From contig JBBSJT010000068.1 in NCBI GenBank assembly GCA_038257035.1, positions 1 to 12,970 on the forward strand: DNA of 12,970 bases. Reading direction: 5' to 3'. The notes beneath the pieces are model-generated. The model had not been told where the DNA came from and did no database searches. It saw only the letters and a program-made list of their open reading frames with translations. Within the stretch, counting starts at the first letter, position 1. The number at the start of each line of letters is the position of its first letter. Both the position numbers and the translations under genes were made by a program. This DNA is from Chlamydiia bacterium. Its GTDB lineage: Bacteria; Chlamydiota; Chlamydiia; Chlamydiales; Parachlamydiaceae. Shown here piece by piece: positions 1 through 7,976 of this stretch.

Positions 1-170
1 AAAATAGTGTCTTGAAATTATTGATAACCATTAACTTAATAAATTTCAATTTTGAAACGTTGGCAAAAAAATGTAAGATACTTAAATCTAATAACTTTGG
101 TCTTTACATAAAATGGAATAAGAAGTATCCTTATTCTCTAATTATAATATCTGTTGAGAGGAGTTTTGGT

Positions 171-3100
171 ATGGTCAATTTTATTTATAAAATCTGTTTT
201 AGGTCCTTGTCGGCGCTAGCTCTTATTGGCCTTACACTTTTTTTCTTGAGTCCAACAATTGCATCCTCTCAGTTTGGTAAGAAAAAAATTGAAACTTATT
301 ACAGCGAAAAGATCAACGGTAGCGTCTCATTTAAGAATTTAAATTTCACATTTTGGGGTCATCAACAGATTGAAGGCATAGAAGTTAAGGACAAAGAGGG
401 CAATTTTGCCTTTGATGCCGCTTTAATTTCAGTAGAAAGCTCATTTCCAAATATTTTATTTTCTGAAATTTTAGAAAATCAAATTAAGTTTTCAAATGCC
501 AATCTAACCATAGGAGAAGTAAGCTCCCCGATCGACTTAAAGAACATGAACGGGAATTTAAGCCTCGCATCCGAAAATTTCACCTTTAAACTAACAGGAA
601 TTTCCTCTCTTAATGGTTCTGAAGGTGCCTTTGATTTCGACATTTCACTAAAGGGTATAGATTCAAAAGATCGTCTTGAACTTTTAAAAACACCTGACTT
701 ATTATTTTCAGAATCCTCAAACTTAAAAGTTGATGTTAAAGCCAAAAGCTTTCCCATAGCATTGATCGACTTTATTTTTAAAACCCAAGATTCGGAATAT
801 AAAGACGATCTATTGGTTTCAGCATTTGGTGAAAAGCTTGATTTAACACTCTCTAAATCAAAAACAGATGAAAGCAAAAACTTAAACCTTGAACTTATAG
901 CCGTAGCCGGAAACCTCTCTGCAAATTTTGTTGGTGAAGTTGGTTTAAATAAAATATTTACAACAAAACCAAGTACACTTGTGTTTGGTCTTAACCAAGA
1001 GCTTATCGAACAATTCTACCCTGAAACTTTAAGCTTAAAATTGGCAAAACCAACGACTGTTTTTATATCTATCGATGAATTTAGTTTACCACTAGATCTA
1101 AAAACCGGTAAGTGTGATCTTTTAGACCTAATGTTTAAAGGTCGAGCCGATCTTGATAGCGCAACTCTTGTAAGTAATATTGGATTACCGAACATTGAGC
1201 TTAAAAAATTTACTACAGCCATTCACACCGATGAATCGTCTGACGAGTTCGCTTTAAAAGTTCAAGGAAATGCGTCACAACATGGCCATCCGATTAATGT
1301 TACATTGGAAACGACACTTCCAAAATCTTTTAATCTTGCCAAACATAAATTTCCCCCTCTAAAGATCGATCTGAAACATATTCCGCTTGAAATCTTCGAT
1401 CACTTTTTTAATCTCGACAATATTTTATCAAAAGAAATCGGAACTCATGCCGATCTAAAAATGGAAGCTAAACTTCAAAAAGATTATCTTGATCTACAAT
1501 TTAAATTTGATTCAGAAAAATTAACGATCCCTTCAATGCACGTTAAGATTGATGATAATATCACGCTGATTGAACCACCGACACTTTATTACAAAATGAG
1601 TGAAGAGCTTGCCGGTAAACTTCTTCCCAAAAGTGCCGTTGTTAAGTTAAACATAGATAAAGCTTTGGCGATCACCTTTCATGTGAATCCGATTTTCAAT
1701 TTTGATGATATCAACCATCTGACCTCTAATTTATCCGGTAATGTAAACATTCACGATGTGACATTTGACTCAAAAGAAAGAGTTCAATCCGTTTCCTTCC
1801 ACGAACTTATTATTCCTTGGGAAATTTCGCCAAAAAATAAAGAAATTAAACTTGAGTTTTCAGGTAAAACAAAATATTTAAGCGAGAAAAAAGGTGGGAG
1901 TTTCTCTGGGAAAGCTTCTTTTAAAGATGAATCGGAGTTTCATTCATTTAATGTTCTGGTCGATCAAAAAAGTGGCGATGGACATGCGAGTCAATTGCGC
2001 TTTAACGGTAACGTAGCCCACCTATTTACAAGAGATGGCACCTTAAATAGCGAAGGCCTAATCTTGAATCTAGATGGAACAGTCAAGGATCTGCCAACTC
2101 CCCTATTTTGCAAGGTGGGCTGCTTGAACTCCTACATGCATAAAAAAATCGAAGTTTTATTTGGCGAGTATCTGAGCGCTGAAGTGCATGTTGCTTTAAA
2201 GGAACATTTAAATGGTTTAATCCAAGCTAAGGTCACAGGTAATGAAGGCTCTTTTCATATCGATTCAACAATCAAAGATGGATTTTTATTATTAAATCAA
2301 CCTTTTGAGGCTCAATTTAAGGCAACAGCAAGACTTGGTATAAGTATTTTACATGACATTTTCCCAGTTTTAAGTGGCGTTGTCAGCTCGGATCGTCCTA
2401 TTTCAATCACGATTCCGAATAAAGGCTTTGCTTTTCCGCTAAAGAGAATGGATGTTTCCAAAATTGAAATTCCACAAGCTACTTTAAGCCTAGGACATGT
2501 AAAATTTGATAAAAGCGGTGAGCTTGCAAAAGTTTTAAGTCTTTTAACCCCACCTGATGAAGATTTGATGTCTGTATGGTTTACTCCCCTCTATTTCACG
2601 ATGCATGAAGGTGTATTTAAATTAGAAAGGGTTGATATGCTGATTTCCCGACGTTTTCCAATTGCAACATGGGGTAAGGTTGATTTAGTGCAAGACAAAG
2701 TGAAAATGACAATTGGAATGTCCGGTTACGCACTTAAGCATGCATATAAGGTGAAGGGCTTGGACAATGAATACATGGTTCAAATTCCACTTAACGGGAC
2801 AACTAAATCTGCAACGATTGATAAAGCTAATGCGACCACAAAGATCGGGGCTCTTGTTGCTCAAGGTCACGGTGGAACAAAGGGTCTTGTTCTGGGTACG
2901 GTTTTAAGCCTTGCGGGCGGTGCATTAACTGAAGAAAAACCACCTAAGTCTACAACGCTACCGCTTCCCTGGGCAGATGAGCTAAGAGAAAACTTAATTG
3001 TCGCAGAAGATCCGCCCTCAACTAAAAATGATGGCGAGATTGCAGATATATCAAAAGATGTATCCAATGATACTTCAGAGGAAGCGCCTTTTGTAGAAGC

Positions 3101-3203
3101 AAAAAGTTTAAATGCGGTAAGCTCAAAAAAGAAATCGAAAAAATTCAAAATTGATGACTTTTTAGAAAACGAGATCCTTGACTTATTCAAGCCAAGGTCT
3201 TAG
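171..3203 (+). CDS. Large membrane-anchored AsmA/TamB-like (bridge-like, repeating beta-groove) protein, ~1010 aa
   Basis: ORF track 12..3203. The in-frame ATG at 171 has SD GAGAGGAG at 156-163 and is the likelier start. One N-terminal hydrophobic helix (LSALALIGLTLFFLSPTIA) is followed by an AsmA/chorein-N-like segment (KINGSVSFKNLNFTFWGHQQIEGIEVKD). The rest has long runs of alternating polar/hydrophobic beta-type sequence, a Gly-rich helix, a Pro-rich linker and an amphipathic C-terminal helix. The CDS is secure; the family call is by pattern only. Confidence 0.6.
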   Translation: MVNFIYKICFRSLSALALIGLTLFFLSPTIASSQFGKKKIETYYSEKINGSVSFKNLNFTFWGHQQIEGIEVKDKEGNFAFDAALISVESSFPNILFSEILENQIKFSNANLTIGEVSSPIDLKNMNGNLSLASENFTFKLTGISSLNGSEGAFDFDISLKGIDSKDRLELLKTPDLLFSESSNLKVDVKAKSFPIALIDFIFKTQDSEYKDDLLVSAFGEKLDLTLSKSKTDESKNLNLELIAVAGNLSANFVGEVGLNKIFTTKPSTLVFGLNQELIEQFYPETLSLKLAKPTTVFISIDEFSLPLDLKTGKCDLLDLMFKGRADLDSATLVSNIGLPNIELKKFTTAIHTDESSDEFALKVQGNASQHGHPINVTLETTLPKSFNLAKHKFPPLKIDLKHIPLEIFDHFFNLDNILSKEIGTHADLKMEAKLQKDYLDLQFKFDSEKLTIPSMHVKIDDNITLIEPPTLYYKMSEELAGKLLPKSAVVKLNIDKALAITFHVNPIFNFDDINHLTSNLSGNVNIHDVTFDSKERVQSVSFHELIIPWEISPKNKEIKLEFSGKTKYLSEKKGGSFSGKASFKDESEFHSFNVLVDQKSGDGHASQLRFNGNVAHLFTRDGTLNSEGLILNLDGTVKDLPTPLFCKVGCLNSYMHKKIEVLFGEYLSAEVHVALKEHLNGLIQAKVTGNEGSFHIDSTIKDGFLLLNQPFEAQFKATARLGISILHDIFPVLSGVVSSDRPISITIPNKGFAFPLKRMDVSKIEIPQATLSLGHVKFDKSGELAKVLSLLTPPDEDLMSVWFTPLYFTMHEGVFKLERVDMLISRRFPIATWGKVDLVQDKVKMTIGMSGYALKHAYKVKGLDNEYMVQIPLNGTTKSATIDKANATTKIGALVAQGHGGTKGLVLGTVLSLAGGALTEEKPPKSTTLPLPWADELRENLIVAEDPPSTKNDGEIADISKDVSNDTSEEAPFVEAKSLNAVSSKKKSKKFKIDDFLENEILDLFKPRS

Positions 3204-3207
3204 TTTT

Positions 3208-3457
3208 TAAATGTCGGTCTTTCAGACCTCTATTTTTTGGTTCACTTTACCCAGGCCTCCGCTTCGCTCCGAACCTGGGCTATCACATGCCGGTCCTTCG
3301 GACCTTGGAAAGATTATCCACGTTATTAACTACAAAAGATTTAAGAAGTTTTGCTTTAGGTCCGAAGGGACCGGCATGTGATAGCCCAGGTTCGGAGCGA
3401 AGCGGAGGCCTGGGGAAGGATCAAACACACATTAGAGGTCTGAAAGACCGACATTTA
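3208..3457. repeat. 250-bp composite inverted-repeat element (REPIN/MITE-like), three hairpins per arm
   Basis: 3208-3232 (TAAATGTCGGTCTTTCAGACCTCTA) is the perfect reverse complement of 3433-3457. 3250-3305 is the reverse complement of 3358-3414 except for one extra G. The centre is a 52-nt AT-rich spacer (3306-3357). The repeat is directly visible; mobility is inferred. Confidence 0.9.
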
Positions 3458-3481
3458 GTTTTATAGTAGTTTTTGTAAAAC

Positions 3482-3528
3482 GTCGGGTTAAAACCCGTTG
3501 AAACCGCTAAGTTAAAACTTGACCCTAC
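3482..3528 (-). repeat. Two tandem degenerate GTAG-type REP-like hairpins; may also act in termination
   Basis: CGG-GTTAAAAC-CCG (3484-3497) and AA-GTTAAAAC-TT (3509-3520) share a core. On the minus strand the second reads GTAG-GGTCAAGTTTTAACTTAGC, i.e. a GTAG tag followed by an imperfect palindrome. Confidence 0.5.
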
Positions 3529-3535
3529 ATAAATG

Positions 3536-4063
3536 TTAAATATTCTGATTCAAGTGAGCATTAAATTCTCGATTGAAGTGAACAACACGCATTTCTTCCC
3601 ACAATAAATTTTTTATAACATTATGAATTGTTTTACATGTTACCGCTAAGGCAGCTTTATCGGACTTATTTAGAAATGAAGTAATTTCAGTAAAGAGATC
3701 AGGGTAAACATTTTCTATTGACCAATGTACTAATGGGATTGGGTTAATAAATGAATACCAACCATCGCTATTGATACTACAGTATTTTAACAAATAATCC
3801 AGGCTGTTAAAAGTTTTATTTAAATCGAAATTATTAAAAACCTCAACGTTCTCGTTTTTATGGCAAAAATTCCACATAGCAAGGTTTTTTCGTTTTAAAT
3901 TCGAAACATTTTTCTTAAGCAAGTCATGAATCTTTTTATTTGCTTCTTTATTAACCTGTGCCAAATTTAAAAGATCCTTAGGAATATGCGACATGATCTC
4001 ATCTTGAATCTCAGACGGTATGCTGCCATTAAATAAAGTGATTGTTGCATCTGGATTAATCAT
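3536..4063 (-). CDS. Orphan protein with two F-box-like motifs (candidate host-directed effector)
   Basis: 175-aa ORF with SD AAGGAG just upstream. Residues ~11-49 (FNGSIPSEIQDEIMSHIPKDLLNLAQVNKEANKKIHD) and ~116-157 (IENVYPDLFTEITSFLNKSDKAALAVTCKTIHNVIKNLLWEE) both fit the F-box pattern LPxEI..I.S.L...DL..L..V/TCK. Confidence 0.7.
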   Translation of the reverse strand: MINPDATITLFNGSIPSEIQDEIMSHIPKDLLNLAQVNKEANKKIHDLLKKNVSNLKRKNLAMWNFCHKNENVEVFNNFDLNKTFNSLDYLLKYCSINSDGWYSFINPIPLVHWSIENVYPDLFTEITSFLNKSDKAALAVTCKTIHNVIKNLLWEEMRVVHFNREFNAHLNQNI

Positions 4064-4269
4064 AAAACTCCTTTTTTGTTAAATTAAAATAAATCATAAC
4101 AGAAACAAATGTTTGCTGTAAATAATTAATAATAATTTGTAGCGTTTTTTTAATTTAAAATGTGTGGCAAGATTATCACCCTCGTCCAGTGATGTTTTTA
4201 CCGTGTACAAAAAAGTGGAAATTGCTTATCTTAAAGAGAATTTTAACAAAACAAAACCGGAGACGATCT

Positions 4270-4869
4270 ATGAACTGTAGAATTTTTTTAACGCTAATTC
4301 TTTTCTGTTCTGTCAACTTCTGTTACTCACAAACTAAGGACACTATTTCCATGAAAGAAAAATCAGCTCACAAGACAGCCTTAATTCAAACAAATATGGG
4401 CGACATCAAAATTGAACTTTATGAAGATAAAGCCCCAATCAGTGTAAAAAACTTTATCCAATACGCTAACGAAGGCGCTTACGACGGAACTATCTTCCAT
4501 CGCGTCATCGAGAACTTTATGATTCAAGGCGGCGGTTTTTCTAAAGATTTTAAACAAAAGCCGACACACTCCCCAATCAAAAATGAAGCTGACAACGGCC
4601 TAAAAAATGAGCGCGGAACTCTTGCTATGGCAAGAACAGGCGTTGTTGACAGTGCTACAAATCAATTTTTTATCAATGTAACAGATAATACATTCCTCAA
4701 TTTTCGTGGTAAAAACCCAAGTGAATATGGTTATGCTGTTTTTGCTAGAGTTATTGACGGAATGGATGTAGTCGATAAAATCAAAAAAGTCAAAACAGGT
4801 TCATTTTTATCACACCAAGATGTACCAAAAGAAACAGTTGAAATCCTTTCTATTAAAATAACAGAATAA
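4270..4869 (+). CDS. ppiA: Cyclophilin-type peptidyl-prolyl cis-trans isomerase with probable signal peptide
   Basis: Motifs [47 protein letters not shown] and GYAVF match the E. coli PpiA/PpiB type. The likely start is ATG 4270 (SD GGAGA at 4259-4263), giving the signal-like N-terminus [21 protein letters not shown]. Confidence 0.9.
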   Translation: MNCRIFLTLILFCSVNFCYSQTKDTISMKEKSAHKTALIQTNMGDIKIELYEDKAPISVKNFIQYANEGAYDGTIFHRVIENFMIQGGGFSKDFKQKPTHSPIKNEADNGLKNERGTLAMARTGVVDSATNQFFINVTDNTFLNFRGKNPSEYGYAVFARVIDGMDVVDKIKKVKTGSFLSHQDVPKETVEILSIKITE

Positions 4870-4878
4870 ACGGTAGAT

Positions 4879-6858
4879 ATGACAGATCCTAAAGATTCTT
4901 CATTTGATCGACTGCTTGACGAGAAGCGTGAATATTCGCCGTCAGCGGAATTAAGCGCAAAAGCTCACATCAAAACAGTTGAACAATATGAAAAAATGTA
5001 TAGGGAATCTGTCGACCATTCAGATGCCTTTTGGTTAAACCAAGCAAAGACATTAGATTGGGTAAAAGCTCCAACGGTCGCGTGTGAATATAATTGGGAT
5101 TTGAATAAAGGTAAAATAGAACATACCTGGTTTAAAGATGGCGAGCTAAATATTTCTTATAATTGTTTAGATCGCCATCTTAAAACCGATAAGCGCAGTA
5201 AGATTGCCATCATTTGGCAAGGTGAAGAAGAAAATGAAGTTCGCAAAATCACTTACGAGGAACTTCACCGCGAAGTATGTAAATTTTCAAATGTGCTTCT
5301 TTCAAAAGGAATCAAAAAAGGCGACAGGGTTTGTATTTATTTGCCAATGGTTCCGGAAGCGGCCATTGCACTTCTTGCCTGTGCAAGAATCGGGGCGATC
5401 CACTCGGTGGTATTTGCAGGATTTAGTGCAGAAAGTTTGAAAAACCGTATCAATGATTCTGACTGTAAATTACTCATCACATCGAACATCTCTATTCGTG
5501 GTGGCAAAAAAATCCCACTAAAAGCCATTGCCGATGAAGCGCTAGCTTATTGTAAAACGATTGAAAATGTGATTGTGCTTAAGCGTAACGACGATAAAGT
5601 CGAAATGAAACCCCTCCGTGATGTTTGGTATCATGACGAGATGAAAGAAGTAACAGACCAATGTGATGCTGTTACTTTAAATGCAGAAGATCCGCTATTT
5701 ATTCTTTACACGTCAGGCTCCACAGGTAAGCCAAAAGGTGTATTACACACACAAGCCGGATATTTATTACAAGTAAGTCTTACGCATAAATTAATTTTTG
5801 ATCTTCATGACGATGACATTTATTTCTGCACTGCCGATATAGGCTGGGTAACAGGACATAGCTATTGCGTTTATGGGCCTCTTGCAAATGGTGGAACGTC
5901 GCTGATGTTTGAAGGCATCCCAACTTACCCTGATGCAGGCAGATATTGGCATATCATCGATAAATTCAAAGTGACAATCTTCTATACGGCTCCAACAGCT
6001 ATTAGATCGCTGATCCGTATGGGAAAAGAATTTCCTTTAAAATACAAATTAACTTCACTTCGTGTTTTAGGATCTGTCGGAGAACCAATTAATCCCGAAG
6101 CTTGGATCTGGTATCATGAGCTAATAGGAAAAGGGAAATGTCCCATTGTGGATACTTGGTGGCAGACGGAAACAGGCGGCATTTTAATTTCGCCAATGCC
6201 AGGTTGTCACACTATAAAACCGGGCTCTGCATCAAAACCCTTCTTTGGTACTGAACCCATTATATTAACAGAAGAAAACTGCCTTGTCGATCATGAGCAT
6301 GGCGGTTATTTATGCATCAAAAAACCTTGGCCAGGTATCATGCGCACATTGTGGAATGATCATGAATTATTTACCGAAAACTATTTTACTAAATTTCCGG
6401 GCAAATATTTTACCGGTGATGGCTGCCGCGAAGATGAAGATCACGATTATTGGCTGCTTGGCAGAATTGATGATGTGATAAACATCTCAGGTCATAGAAT
6501 TGGAACTTCGGAAGTAGAAAGTGCGCTCGTTTCTCATGAAGCTGTTGCAGAAGCTGCTGTAGTTCCCATCCCACACGAAATTAAGGGTCAAGGCTTATAC
6601 GTTTTCGTCAGTTTGATTGCAGAAGTTGAAGAAAGCGAAGAGTTAAAAGAATCTCTTGTAAAGCATGTGCGTAAAATGATTGGACCGATCGCCGTTCCGG
6701 AAACTATTCAATTTGCAAAAGCCTTACCTAAAACAAGGTCCGGGAAAATCATGCGTCGTCTTCTTAAAAAAATTGCTTGCAGGCAGACGGACGACTTAGG
6801 AGACATTAGCACACTTGCTGATATCGATGTGATCAATGATTTAGTGGGTAACGAGTAA
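4879..6858 (+). CDS. acs: Acetyl-CoA synthetase (acetate--CoA ligase, AMP-forming)
   Basis: 659 aa with [11 protein letters not shown], the AMP-binding loop [32 protein letters not shown] and the catalytic-Lys motif [12 protein letters not shown]. Confidence 0.97.
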   Translation: MTDPKDSSFDRLLDEKREYSPSAELSAKAHIKTVEQYEKMYRESVDHSDAFWLNQAKTLDWVKAPTVACEYNWDLNKGKIEHTWFKDGELNISYNCLDRHLKTDKRSKIAIIWQGEEENEVRKITYEELHREVCKFSNVLLSKGIKKGDRVCIYLPMVPEAAIALLACARIGAIHSVVFAGFSAESLKNRINDSDCKLLITSNISIRGGKKIPLKAIADEALAYCKTIENVIVLKRNDDKVEMKPLRDVWYHDEMKEVTDQCDAVTLNAEDPLFILYTSGSTGKPKGVLHTQAGYLLQVSLTHKLIFDLHDDDIYFCTADIGWVTGHSYCVYGPLANGGTSLMFEGIPTYPDAGRYWHIIDKFKVTIFYTAPTAIRSLIRMGKEFPLKYKLTSLRVLGSVGEPINPEAWIWYHELIGKGKCPIVDTWWQTETGGILISPMPGCHTIKPGSASKPFFGTEPIILTEENCLVDHEHGGYLCIKKPWPGIMRTLWNDHELFTENYFTKFPGKYFTGDGCREDEDHDYWLLGRIDDVINISGHRIGTSEVESALVSHEAVAEAAVVPIPHEIKGQGLYVFVSLIAEVEESEELKESLVKHVRKMIGPIAVPETIQFAKALPKTRSGKIMRRLLKKIACRQTDDLGDISTLADIDVINDLVGNE

Positions 6859-6864
6859 TTGATT

Positions 6865-7968
6865 ATGTTAGATGAGCATTTCATGGATTTTGCTGTCGCT
6901 CTTGGCGAAGAAGCAAGAGGAATTTCACCCCCAAACCCTTGGGTTGGGTGCGTAATCGTCAAGGACGGACACATTGTTGGCTGCGGAAATACCCATAAAA
7001 AGGGTGGAAACCACGCAGAAATCAATGCTTTAAATGAAGCCGCAGATCATGCTATTGGCGCGACTCTATATGTAACGCTCGAACCATGTTGCCATTTTGG
7101 TCAAACACCTCCTTGCGTTGATGCCATTATCAAGGCTAAAATTGCTAAAGTTGTGATAGCTTTAACAGATCCGGATAAAAAAGTCTGTGGACAAGGCATT
7201 GCGAAGTTAAAAAATGCAGGAATTGATGTTGTGGTTGGAGTATGCAAAGAAGAGGCTTTCAATTCCCTTGAATCCTACCTTTATCAGCGCGTTAACTCTA
7301 AACCCTTTGTTGTTGCAAAAGCCGCTTTGAGTATCGATGGCAGAACAGCCCCATTTTCCGGTACATCAAAATGGATTTCGACCGAAAAAGCAAGAGAAAA
7401 TGCCCATCATTTGCGCTTTCAATCACAAGCCATACTGGTCGGCTCTGTAACAGCCTTAATGGACCAACCCACACTTAATGTCAGGGGCAACATCGCAGAA
7501 AAACTTTTAAATCAGCCTCTAAGAGTTTTATTTGATCGTCAGGGAAAAGTGCCTGCAACCGGGCCTTTATTTGATGTGTCAATTGCAAAGACACTCATCT
7601 TTACTTCTAAAGATTGTCCGGAAAATGTGATAGAGGCCTGGAAGATGGCAGGGGCTGAGGTAGAAGTAATCAAAGCTAGCGATGAAGAAAAATTAGATAT
7701 TGAAGAAGCATTGCTGATTTTAGGAAAAAGAAATATCATTCAACTGCTCGTTGAGGGTGGAAGCACACTTCAGGCCAGCTTTTTAAAAAATCAGGCAATC
7801 AACCGATTAGTATTGTATATCGGACCTGTTATTTTAGGAGATAGTGGCACTCCCCTTTTTAAAGATTTTTTCGTCAATTCCTTAAAAGATGCCACTCGCT
7901 TAAAACTCTTAGACACTAAACAAATTGATGACTGCATACGTCTAGATTACAAGATATTAAAGGATTAA
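6865..7968 (+). CDS. ribD: Bifunctional riboflavin biosynthesis deaminase/reductase RibD
   Basis: PNPWVGCVIVK, zinc-deaminase HAE and LEPCCHFGQTPPC motifs; reductase domain with KAALSIDG, SKWIS and LLVEGG. The ORF track starts at TTG 6859; ATG 6865 gives a typical RibD N-terminus. Confidence 0.96.
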   Translation: MLDEHFMDFAVALGEEARGISPPNPWVGCVIVKDGHIVGCGNTHKKGGNHAEINALNEAADHAIGATLYVTLEPCCHFGQTPPCVDAIIKAKIAKVVIALTDPDKKVCGQGIAKLKNAGIDVVVGVCKEEAFNSLESYLYQRVNSKPFVVAKAALSIDGRTAPFSGTSKWISTEKARENAHHLRFQSQAILVGSVTALMDQPTLNVRGNIAEKLLNQPLRVLFDRQGKVPATGPLFDVSIAKTLIFTSKDCPENVIEAWKMAGAEVEVIKASDEEKLDIEEALLILGKRNIIQLLVEGGSTLQASFLKNQAINRLVLYIGPVILGDSGTPLFKDFFVNSLKDATRLKLLDTKQIDDCIRLDYKILKD

Positions 7969-7976
7969 TAAAATAA

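Noticed and set aside
12..170. N-terminal extension of the first ORF from TTG 12
   Set aside because: Very AT-rich and promoter-like; a strong SD and a sensible membrane anchor point to ATG 171.
479..3190. Minus-strand ORFs 479-877, 1016-1222, 2685-2870 and 2867-3190
   Set aside because: Antisense shadows inside a long credible CDS, with no recognisable motifs.
3208..3457. CRISPR array or tRNA interpretation of the GC-rich repeats
   Set aside because: The repeats are inverted rather than direct with unique spacers, no cas genes are present, and there is no cloverleaf with proper D, anticodon and T arms.
4162..4269. Upstream extension of ppiA from GTG 4162
   Set aside because: No SD, and it would bury the signal-like peptide; ATG 4270 has a good SD.
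6840..6865. FMN riboswitch upstream of ribD
   Set aside because: ribD abuts the acs stop codon; there is no leader and no RFN-like motif.
4381..7739. Short overlapping ORFs 4381-4569, 5204-5440, 5337-5528, 6284-6478, 6708-7025 and 7539-7739
   Set aside because: Alternate-frame or antisense ORFs within well-conserved ppiA, acs and ribD.
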